Notes under the pieces: model-generated
Seen by the model: only the letters and a program-made list of their open reading frames with translations
Told to the model about the DNA's origin: nothing
Databases searched by the model: none
Source: Candidatus Micrarchaeota archaeon
GTDB lineage: Archaea > Micrarchaeota > Micrarchaeia > Norongarragalinales > UBA8480
Reading direction: 5' to 3'
DNA: 16,857 nt
Assembly (NCBI GenBank): GCA_043805855.1
Contig: JAZDHP010000046.1
Coordinates: 1 to 16,857 of the forward strand
Position numbers and translations under genes: made by a program
Shown: piece by piece, positions 8,662-15,894 of the stretch
How positions within the stretch are numbered: position 1 is the first letter of the stretch
Layout of the letters: each line of letters begins with the position of its first letter

Positions 8662-10936
8662 TTGAACTCCCCTCAACTGGCAATTTTGTTTTTGCTTTTG
8701 TCGTTTTAACTTTTGCAACCTTTGGAACTTTTGCAGCCTTTACAACTTTTGGTTTTGAAACTTTAACCCCCTTTGGCACTTTTGTGGTTTTTACAACTGC
8801 AGCAATTACTGGCTTCGCAACAACAGGCTTTACAACAACTTTTGCACTTGTAACATTAGCGCCGCTGGCAGTTCCAGCAACAACTGCGCCGCCAGAAACA
8901 ACCGCGCCACTAGAAGCAGTTGGAGTACTTACGCTGCTTTTATTTGCCCAGCTTGCTTTTGTTTCGCATTTGGGATCAAGGCACATTGAAAAGAACTTCT
9001 TTGCCTTTCGCCGCACGCCAATAATTGGAGTACTGCACTTTGGACAAATTTTGTCACTCGGCACAATAAACGCTTTGTGCGGCAATGGAAATGTAACTTT
9101 GCAATTTGGATAAGCACTGCACCCAACGAATTGCCCGAATCGAGAACGACGAATTAGCAATTTACCGCCACACTTACACGCGCCGAGTTCAGCAGCTTGC
9201 GACATTGCAGTGTTCAACGCCGTTACTAAGAGTTTTCCAATTTCTAACTCATGTTGCTTAAAGTCGTTTGACAATTTAGTAATCGTCGCCTCTGCGCGGT
9301 TAATTACCTTCGAAGGTTCAACTTTGCCCTCTTCAATTAACTCCATTTCCTTTTCAAAATCACGAGTCAAATCTTCTTTTAACAAATCAGGGCAGTGTTT
9401 AACAAGCGCGTCGTAAACGCACATTCCAAACTGCGTAGTGTGAATACTCTTCTTATCAGCAATGTAATCCCGCGAGTAAAGCGTTTCTATAACCTCCGCG
9501 CGAGTTGCTTTTGTTCCTAGTTCAATATCTTCTAATTTGCGTACAATTGACGCTGGCGAATAGCGTTTTGGCGGCTGGGTTTCCTTTGCTTCAACGTAAA
9601 TTTTATCAGCGTGAACTTTTGCGCCTTCAGTGAAGTTAATTACCGTGTCTTTCACGTCATTGTACGGGAGAAATTCAAGCCAGCCGAGCGTAAGCGTACG
9701 CGAACCGCCTGCTTTGAACTTTTCATTGCCTAACTGCGCAGTGACATTTACTTTTTCCCGCTCGCACGGTTGTGCAAAGCACGCGAGGAAATTGCGCACA
9801 ATTAAATCGTACAACTTAGCGTGCTGTTCGCCTAAACGCAGCGGCGCGTTGCCAGTTGGGTGAACTGCAGGATGCGCCGCGTCGGTTTTCTTACCATTGT
9901 TGGGACGCAGTGCAGTTTTTAGAATTTTATTCGCGTCGCCAGCGTATTGTGGTTGCTTTGTTAACTGCGTAATTATTTTCTTCAAGTTAAGCTGTTCTGG
10001 CAACTGCTGCGAAGCAGTGCGCGGATAGCTGATGTACGCGTTTTCGTAAAGGTACTGCGCTAACTCTAGAGTCTTCGCCGGCGTGAACCCAAACGCGCCG
10101 TAGGCTTCAACTTGCAGCGTTGTTAAATCATGCGGGTTTGGCGGCTGCAGTTTGTGCAACAGGCGTTCCACTTTTGCAATTATTCCATCTTTGGGAGTTG
10201 TCGCGAGGATTTTGTCAACAGTTAACTTATCAGTAAACCGATCTCTCTCGTGCACGAACTGCACGTTTTCAATATCTGCAAATAGCTGCCAATAGGGAAC
10301 TGGAATAAACGCGGCGATTTCCTTTTCACGCTGCGCGAGTATAGCAAGCGCCGGGCCCTGCACGCGGCCGATGCTCATTATTTTGAAACGGCCAGCTGCT
10401 TTTATTGAAGCCATTAACGCCCTGCTTAAATTAATTCCAAAGTACCAATCTAGAAAATGGCGCGTTTCACCTGCAATTGCCGTATTTACAGGAACTGCAC
10501 TCGCGTGTTCAAACGCCTCTACAAGTTCATCATTTGTAAGTGTAGAGAATTTCATTCTTTTTGCAGGAAGTTTGGGCGCCATGAAACGCCAAATATTATA
10601 CCCGATTAATTCCCCTTCTACATCGTAGTCACAAGCGACGATAACTTCATCGGCTGTTTTCGCTAACTTTCTTAGCACAGAGATGTACTTTTCAGCGTAG
10701 GCAAAGTGTTCACTTGCTTCTGGAGTCGTAACCCACTTTAAATTAAAAATTGGATAAGAGTTACTTTTTTCCTTCTGGACAAGAGTGTAAAGGTGGCCAA
10801 CAGCAGGCGCGACGTTGATAATATCTCCGCCGCGTTTGATTTCAAAGTAACCCGCCTTCTTGGAAACGCTCCCGAGAGCGCTTGCGATTTTCTGCGCGGA
10901 GCTAGGCTTCTCTGAAATAATCAAAATATTTGACAT
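8645..10936 (-). CDS. topA: DNA topoisomerase I (type IA) with two C-terminal zinc ribbons and a Lys-rich tail
   Basis: TOPRIM domain (IISEKPS, AVGHL, ACDYDVEGELI), SIGRVQGPAL, catalytic YISYPRT, LGTKATRAEVIETL. Zinc ribbons CKC...GCSAYPNC and CPKC...CLDPKC. Confidence 0.97.
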   Translation of the reverse strand: MSNILIISEKPSSAQKIASALGSVSKKAGYFEIKRGGDIINVAPAVGHLYTLVQKEKSNSYPIFNLKWVTTPEASEHFAYAEKYISVLRKLAKTADEVIVACDYDVEGELIGYNIWRFMAPKLPAKRMKFSTLTNDELVEAFEHASAVPVNTAIAGETRHFLDWYFGINLSRALMASIKAAGRFKIMSIGRVQGPALAILAQREKEIAAFIPVPYWQLFADIENVQFVHERDRFTDKLTVDKILATTPKDGIIAKVERLLHKLQPPNPHDLTTLQVEAYGAFGFTPAKTLELAQYLYENAYISYPRTASQQLPEQLNLKKIITQLTKQPQYAGDANKILKTALRPNNGKKTDAAHPAVHPTGNAPLRLGEQHAKLYDLIVRNFLACFAQPCEREKVNVTAQLGNEKFKAGGSRTLTLGWLEFLPYNDVKDTVINFTEGAKVHADKIYVEAKETQPPKRYSPASIVRKLEDIELGTKATRAEVIETLYSRDYIADKKSIHTTQFGMCVYDALVKHCPDLLKEDLTRDFEKEMELIEEGKVEPSKVINRAEATITKLSNDFKQHELEIGKLLVTALNTAMSQAAELGACKCGGKLLIRRSRFGQFVGCSAYPNCKVTFPLPHKAFIVPSDKICPKCSTPIIGVRRKAKKFFSMCLDPKCETKASWANKSSVSTPTASSGAVVSGGAVVAGTASGANVTSAKVVVKPVVAKPVIAAVVKTTKVPKGVKVSKPKVVKAAKVPKVAKVKTTKAKTKLPVEGSSSENNP

Positions 10937-10970
10937 AATTTATATCTACGGAAGAAACGTTGCGAAGAAC

Positions 10971-10980
10971 TTAAATAAAA
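10971..10980. promoter_or_regulatory. Candidate TATA box in the divergent topA / orphan spacer
   Basis: GAAGAAC-TTAAATAAAA lies about 25 nt upstream of ATG 11004, which fits a leaderless archaeal promoter. It reads TTTTATTTAA towards topA. Confidence 0.4.
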
Positions 10981-11003
10981 CCCCTACGCTTAGAATTACC
11001 ACT

Positions 11004-12065
11004 ATGACCGAATATTCAATCGTGAAACGCGGGAAAAACTACCACTTATTTACAAACGCGGGCGAATTTCAACTCCCCGCAAAGTTATTCCAATTACTTC
11101 ATCAGGATAATGTGCCAGCTCTAGAACATTTGCCTCACGCATTAGCGGGATTAATCCGGCGAATATATGTAAAAACTGAAGACAGAGCAGACAAATACCC
11201 CCATGACCCAAAGTTAGAAGCTGCAATTAAAACGCTGGTCGAAAAACACGAAGCCAACCCACTTAGCTATCTCGATAAGTACCAATACGACCCAAGTGAC
11301 AAAATGCGCGAGCTAATCCCACACATTACTCCTGAGATAAAAGATTTAATGGTAAAAGAAAGGCTACAGTTTCTATTCGCAAACCGCTCTGCGAACGACG
11401 CTTACACTTATGCAGAGCACCAGAGTTGGGGCAGTTCAAGCTCGGCGTTTCTAGGCAATCCATTCATGGGTGGGTTCAGTATAGAAAAAGGCTGGCGGGA
11501 AAGCGCCCATGCGGCTAGAAAAGAATTTTTGAAAAAACGAAACAACTTTGCGATTCCGCTATTGAAAAAACCAGGCGATAGGCCATCAATCAAGGCAGAC
11601 TATGAATGTTCAGAGCGCGTAAACCATTTACACCTGGAGCCAAAACCACCTGCTGAAACAGTAAACGCGTTGCAAAAAATATACGAAGGCACGAACCGAA
11701 CACCAGAAACGCCAGGCCACGTGAATGAGCTTGATGAAGTGCGCGTAGTGTACTCGTCAGTTCCATACGATGAAAAAATGCATGCGTTTCCAAAACCAGA
11801 GCGCCTGGAATTTTGCCACGACGGGCAAGTAGTCAGCACTTGCACAGATAAACATACTCTAAATGCGCTTAAACTAAAACCACAAGACATCAAAGTGGCA
11901 CTTACAGTAAAAGATGAAAAAGGCCGAGTTGTCCACGTAGGCGCAACTACAAAAGGAGAAGTGCACAAGCTCAAGATAATCAAACCGGCAAAACACTGGC
12001 ACGAAAATTACCTAGAACGCATTGGGCCAGAACTAGAAAAAGTAGAACAACACAGAACACCGTAG
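11004..12065 (+). CDS. Hypothetical soluble protein (orphan-like)
   Basis: Long open frame filling the gap between topA and the next gene. ATG 11004 is preferred because TTG 10860 overlaps topA. No signal peptide, TM segment or recognisable motif. Confidence 0.75.
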   Translation: MTEYSIVKRGKNYHLFTNAGEFQLPAKLFQLLHQDNVPALEHLPHALAGLIRRIYVKTEDRADKYPHDPKLEAAIKTLVEKHEANPLSYLDKYQYDPSDKMRELIPHITPEIKDLMVKERLQFLFANRSANDAYTYAEHQSWGSSSSAFLGNPFMGGFSIEKGWRESAHAARKEFLKKRNNFAIPLLKKPGDRPSIKADYECSERVNHLHLEPKPPAETVNALQKIYEGTNRTPETPGHVNELDEVRVVYSSVPYDEKMHAFPKPERLEFCHDGQVVSTCTDKHTLNALKLKPQDIKVALTVKDEKGRVVHVGATTKGEVHKLKIIKPAKHWHENYLERIGPELEKVEQHRTP

Positions 12066-12088
12066 CCAGATAATGTTTAAGCCATAGC

Positions 12089-12838
12089 TTACAGCAGCGT
12101 GTATTTCGACAAATAAATTTGTGACTTTAGCACTTCGAGGAATGGAACGATTAGCACTGCGTTTATTGCAACTGCGAGTAGCTGTGCGTTTATTGCACCA
12201 AACGAAGGCGCGAGCCATAAGCACAACTGCGTTACAACTAACATCAACACAAGTGCAATTACTAAATAACTGAGAAACAAAGGAAATTTACGAGTCATTA
12301 TTGAAAGGGAAATTTTCGGAATGTGAATTGCGTTTTGATTGTCCATTACAACCGCTTGAGGCGCGAATATCACTAGCAATGCGGCAACGAGAGAAACAAT
12401 CGCACCTAGCGTCGAATGTAAACCATACTCGTACAGCGCGATGCTTGCAGCGAGTGAAATTATGAACGCGGCGAAGAAAACAGTGAAGAGCTTCAGCGTG
12501 TACAGTTCAATTTTTTCAAACTCGTAAAAGCTAATTGTTTTCAAAGTGCGTTCAGTCTTAATAACAAAATTAATCGCAACTAAACCAAACGAAAACAATA
12601 ATAGAGAAATACAAAACGCAACTGCGATTACACCTAAATCAAATAGGCCTAAATCGCGGCTGATGCTTCCAAAGCGCAAAAAGATGCCGCCCATTGCAAT
12701 GAAATTCGGCAACAGCATTGACAGCGGCAGCACAATTAGAAAAGGAATGCTGAAAAGTAAAAGGAATTTAAAGTTGCGCAAGTAGCTGTCAAAAGTGTGC
12801 CATAACACGCCTGAAAAACTATCTGGTTTTACAATCAT
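12089..12838 (-). CDS. Polytopic membrane protein of unknown function
   Basis: About 6-7 hydrophobic helices. ATG 12838 follows GGTG; alternative GTG starts at 12850 and 12853. Confidence 0.8.
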   Translation of the reverse strand: MIVKPDSFSGVLWHTFDSYLRNFKFLLLFSIPFLIVLPLSMLLPNFIAMGGIFLRFGSISRDLGLFDLGVIAVAFCISLLLFSFGLVAINFVIKTERTLKTISFYEFEKIELYTLKLFTVFFAAFIISLAASIALYEYGLHSTLGAIVSLVAALLVIFAPQAVVMDNQNAIHIPKISLSIMTRKFPLFLSYLVIALVLMLVVTQLCLWLAPSFGAINAQLLAVAINAVLIVPFLEVLKSQIYLSKYTLL

Positions 12839-12888
12839 TTCTACGAGCACCACTAAGAATATGCAAGCTACTTTTTTAAGCGCTACCT

Positions 12889-13902
12889 TTACCTAGAAAC
12901 TGAAAGCGTACATGCTTTTAGCGACGGGTAAACGCCACAAACTGTAGAAAACAACTCTTGTTCACTTAACTCATTTCCAACAATTTTATACCTTCCCCCA
13001 ATAACCATCGTTGGCACTGCAAGTACGTTAAATTGCTTTGTTGCCTCCATTTCCCGCTGGAACAGAGTAGCGTTTTGCGTCTTACCGCAAGTTGTAATTA
13101 AAGTGGAGTTAATATTCCAAGTATCAGTGCAAGTTTCCCAAAACTGGGCACAAAAGGCAATTGAACCAGCGTTGCGGCACGTCGTTATATCTCTACTACG
13201 GCACATCACTGCCTCTAAAGAATATTGAGAGCGGTTTTCAAAAGCACATAGTTGAATTGCAGCTTCAACTAATTCCATTGCGCCGTTTTTAGAAGAAAGT
13301 GACCCGTTCTCATCTTTGTTAATTACGTAGTGCATTGTGAAATTTAGAGAGTTGTTAAAACGTTTCAACACGTTGTACGTTTTGTTTTGCAATAAAATTG
13401 AATTAGCGTCGTACGCAGTGACGAATAACTTCAAATCGTTTTCAACTGGCGCGGCGTTGAACAAATAACCAGAAGCGGTTTCCAAAGTACCTACGACGAA
13501 ACCGTCACTTACATTGTTTACATAGCGCGCAAACTCGCTGTATCTTGAATTGTTCAATAAACTTTTATCCATCACGTACGCTGGCACAAGTGTAATGTTG
13601 AACTTCTCTGCAAAAGCCGCGCCTTCAGGAGTTTCAACATTTAACGTTTTTGTATTTACGTTTACGAGGAAAGACTTTACAACTTCTTCAACTTTAACAG
13701 AATCGCACTGCACTTTGCACTTTGAAGAAGTTAAAATTGTTAGATTTACAGTTGCAAAATCAGCGCGGTTAATCATAACTGGATTTGACGGCGTAGGCGG
13801 AGCTTGCTTGAACAAAGCAGGCGACATAAAGTAAAGCGTAGCTCCTAGAAAAATAATTATCAACGCGTAGTAAACCGCGTCTTTTGCAACTCCTTTTAAC
13901 AT
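12889..13902 (-). CDS. Membrane-anchored thioredoxin-fold protein (DsbA/GILT-like, two domains)
   Basis: ATG 13902 after GGTGG. N-terminal TM helix. Domain 1: ILTSSKCKVQC...KFNITLVPAY. Domain 2: LKLFVTAY...LNFTMHYV...ELVEAAIQLC...QFNVLAVPTMVIGG (cis-Pro-loop-like). Many Cys and N-x-S/T sequons. Confidence 0.7.
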   Translation of the reverse strand: MLKGVAKDAVYYALIIIFLGATLYFMSPALFKQAPPTPSNPVMINRADFATVNLTILTSSKCKVQCDSVKVEEVVKSFLVNVNTKTLNVETPEGAAFAEKFNITLVPAYVMDKSLLNNSRYSEFARYVNNVSDGFVVGTLETASGYLFNAAPVENDLKLFVTAYDANSILLQNKTYNVLKRFNNSLNFTMHYVINKDENGSLSSKNGAMELVEAAIQLCAFENRSQYSLEAVMCRSRDITTCRNAGSIAFCAQFWETCTDTWNINSTLITTCGKTQNATLFQREMEATKQFNVLAVPTMVIGGRYKIVGNELSEQELFSTVCGVYPSLKACTLSVSR

Positions 13903-13929
13903 TTCAAAACCACCGATGGAAAAAAATAA

Positions 13930-13955
13930 CTTACACGTCGCTAGCGACGTGTAAG
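13930..13955. repeat. Perfect 26-bp palindrome; possible minus-strand terminator hairpin or operator
   Basis: CTTACACGTCGCT-AGCGACGTGTAAG is its own reverse complement. On the minus strand it is followed by TTATTTTTTTT. Confidence 0.85.
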
Positions 13956-14014
13956 GCTTTAACAAAGCAACTTTTTCTCATTTTTGCTTTGTTAAATAAG
14001 TGCGACCGTCGGGA

Positions 14015-14049
14015 GGACCAGCCATCCTTCTAATCAAAGAAAGACAGTT
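14015..14049 (-). other. tRNA intron 2 (position 59/60, 35 nt, relaxed BHB motif)
   Basis: Exon helix is the T-stem, bulges are AA|A and CC|T, central helix TTCA/TGGT has 3 pairs plus a U-U mismatch, and the intron hairpin is CTGTCTTTCT/AGAAGGATGG. Confidence 0.8.
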
Positions 14050-14055
14050 TTTGAA

Positions 14056-14120
14056 TTCTCGAACACCCTTTTCTTTTTGAACCGTAAACGGCCTTTTTCT
14101 TTTTAAGAAAAAGGGGGTTT
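14056..14120 (-). other. tRNA intron 1 (position 53/54, 65 nt, BHB motif)
   Basis: Central helix CTCG (exon 48-51) pairs perfectly with intron CGAG. The 3-nt bulges are GG|A and AA|T. The intron-side helix is AAC/GTT extended by CCC/GGG. Confidence 0.88.
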
Positions 14121-14163
14121 CCCGAGCCTCTGCCTTGGCAAGGCAGTGTCCTACCAGGCTAGA

Positions 14164-15837
14164 CTACGATCGCGATCGCACTAGTAAGAGTATTATCGCA
14201 ACACAGAGTATTAAAAATATTGCTGGAAAGTACGGCTGCAAGGAATCCACTATTTGTAACCAAGAAGCGCCATTATTCGCATTCGCACTAGCAGATTGTG
14301 TAACAATTTGCTCGCCGTTTTGAACTGCAGTTGGCTCAATTAAAAACTCTTGCACAATTGAATAACCCTCAGTTGTAATGTTAACCTTGGCAGGCACTCG
14401 GCCTGCAGACGCATTTACAATAAAAGGAAAAACTAACTGTTTTTCCTCGCCGAGTGCAATAGAAAAGTTAACCTGTGTTGAACTATTTCTAGTGTTAAGA
14501 AGCGCAAACGCGTTGTTAAAAGCAACGTTGCCCGCGTTTTGCACAGTTATAATTATTCCAGTTGCATTTACGCGAATTTCCCTTATGCTCAACAGTGCAA
14601 CTCCTTGCACATCTCCGCTCTTGCGAGCAGTTAAGTTAACTTGCTTTTGTGAACTTAGAGAACGTACGATTATTGGGTAAGTGTAAACGAAATTGTCAGT
14701 TAAGTTAAGCGGCACGAGTAACTTCCACGCAAATACCTGCGTTTCGCCAGGTTGTATTACAATAAATTTACTCTTGTCGCCTATAATTGAAACTTCAACC
14801 GGCGCGTCAATTGCAATTGGATAAGCTGCAATTTTATCATTTTGAGAAGTTATTGAAACGAAAACCGTTTGAATTGAACCTTGAGTGACGGTTTCGTTTG
14901 AAACATTAAGCACAAGCAACGGCGGCCGCGAGAAATTGTCAATTGCTACAAAGGAAACTTCGTGCGACCGCTTAATTACAACTTTGGAAAGATCAATATT
15001 CCCCCGCGCTTCAAGTTGTTCAACAACATTATTCTGGTCAATTCCATTAGCGAATTTAAAATGCGTCGCGTCTAGCAAAACGCCTTCGTTGTAAGTTGGG
15101 TCAAAGGGATACCATTTGCTGTTAATTGCAACTTCCGCCCACGCGTGGCTATCCCATTTTTCACCACTGTAAACTAATCCCGCTGAGAAACGCGCGGGAA
15201 TACCTTGGCTTCTCGCTAGCGCGATGAACAAATGGCTAAATTCGTTGCAAACTCCTTTTCTCACTTCGAAAATATCCTGTGTGTTGAGAATTGCATTTTG
15301 GTAACTCAAATCATAAATAACATTATTGTGAACCCACTCTGACAACAACGCAGCTTTTTTCAACTCATTTTTCTCACTGCCGACAATCTCCACTGCCTTT
15401 GCGCGTATTTCTGGAGTTAGCAAGACAATTGAACTCTCTTGCGTATATCGCGATAAATCGCCGGTTGCATCGTCAAAACCAGCTTCGGGTTTAGCTGAAA
15501 CAACTGCGTCAATTGAAACTTCTTGCACTTGCCTAGCTGGGTCTAGAATAAATTTTAACTTTGAATTGCCAAACTCGTCGACGTCAGTTGTAAACGAAGG
15601 GCTAGCAGTAAAAGTAACTGACTGCGTGGCTGTGTTTTGAAAACCAAAAGAAGCAAAAGAAACAGACGCTGGGTTTTGGCCGTTTAAATCAACAACCCAC
15701 TTTAACTGAACTGAAGAAGTGGAAACGCCAACGTTTTTTGGCTCAACGTCAATGGCAAAAACCAACGTTGAAAAAAATAAACAAAACAAAAACGCTACAA
15801 ACACAAAGTGAAACAGTTTCACGGAATAAAATTTCAT
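14164..15837 (-). CDS. Secreted, C-terminally anchored transglutaminase-like (Cys-His-Asp) domain protein
   Basis: Signal peptide; WVHNNVIYD, GVCNEFSHLFIALARSQGIPARFSAG, HAWAEV and WYPFDPT catalytic motifs; Ig/CARDB-like beta segments (TVQNAGNV); C-terminal TM followed by RSRS. Confidence 0.92.
   Translation of the reverse strand: MKFYSVKLFHFVFVAFLFCLFFSTLVFAIDVEPKNVGVSTSSVQLKWVVDLNGQNPASVSFASFGFQNTATQSVTFTASPSFTTDVDEFGNSKLKFILDPARQVQEVSIDAVVSAKPEAGFDDATGDLSRYTQESSIVLLTPEIRAKAVEIVGSEKNELKKAALLSEWVHNNVIYDLSYQNAILNTQDIFEVRKGVCNEFSHLFIALARSQGIPARFSAGLVYSGEKWDSHAWAEVAINSKWYPFDPTYNEGVLLDATHFKFANGIDQNNVVEQLEARGNIDLSKVVIKRSHEVSFVAIDNFSRPPLLVLNVSNETVTQGSIQTVFVSITSQNDKIAAYPIAIDAPVEVSIIGDKSKFIVIQPGETQVFAWKLLVPLNLTDNFVYTYPIIVRSLSSQKQVNLTARKSGDVQGVALLSIREIRVNATGIIITVQNAGNVAFNNAFALLNTRNSSTQVNFSIALGEEKQLVFPFIVNASAGRVPAKVNITTEGYSIVQEFLIEPTAVQNGEQIVTQSASANANNGASWLQIVDSLQPYFPAIFLILCVAIILLLVRSRS
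14209..14217 (-). promoter_or_regulatory. Candidate TATA box for the tRNA-Gly gene, embedded in the upstream CDS
   Basis: TTTTTAATA on the minus strand lies about 36 nt upstream of tRNA G1, compatible with a short 5' leader. Confidence 0.35.
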
Positions 15838-15894
15838 TGAACAAATATAGAAAAAACTAGGATAAAAACAACACGTAAACTAAAAAAATGAAAT

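Larger units (their letters stand above)
14001..14173 (-). tRNA. tRNA-Gly(GCC) with two T-loop introns (exons 14173-14121, 14055-14050, 14014-14001)
   Basis: Acceptor GCGATCG/CGGTCGC plus discriminator A; D-arm GTCT-AGCCTGGTA-GGAC; anticodon arm CTGCC-TT-GCC-AA-GGCAG; variable loop AGGC; T-stem TCGGG/CCCGA. The loop TTCAAAT is restored by removing 65-nt and 35-nt inserts, giving a 73-nt mature tRNA. CCA is not encoded. Confidence 0.93.

Noticed and set aside
8690..8930. Repetitive-looking DNA as a CRISPR array or tandem repeat
   Set aside because: There is no constant repeat-spacer period. The pattern is explained by the low-complexity TopA tail.
776..10936. Inteins in RFC, Cdc48 or TopA
   Set aside because: The proteins are of normal length with uninterrupted motifs and no C...HN intein signatures.
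728..13965. Longest-ORF starts at 728, 2660, 3245, 4522, 8718, 10860 and 13965
   Set aside because: They extend into promoters, neighbouring genes or the palindrome. Downstream starts fit family N-termini or RBS positions better.
14015..14050. Alternative 58/59 position for intron 2 (T-loop TTCAACT)
   Set aside because: The central helix would be GTTC against CTGG, which does not pair. The 59/60 position gives a better BHB geometry.
14074..14083. GGTTCAAAAA inside intron 1 as the real T-loop exon
   Set aside because: The bases before it cannot pair with exon CTCG to form a BHB, whereas the TTCAAA at 14055-14050 is preceded by a perfect CGAG-AA.
13956..14120. Mobile element or provirus integrated in the tRNA
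   Set aside because: No integrase or transposase and no duplicated tRNA end were seen in the window. The inserts are short and have splice motifs.
709..15094. Many ORF-track entries antisense to or out of frame within real genes (e.g. 709-1227, 1905-2390, 6985-7452, 8556-9113, 11600-11983, 14135-14323, 14378-14680)
   Set aside because: These are shadow ORFs overlapping better-supported CDSs or the tRNA and have no motifs of their own.
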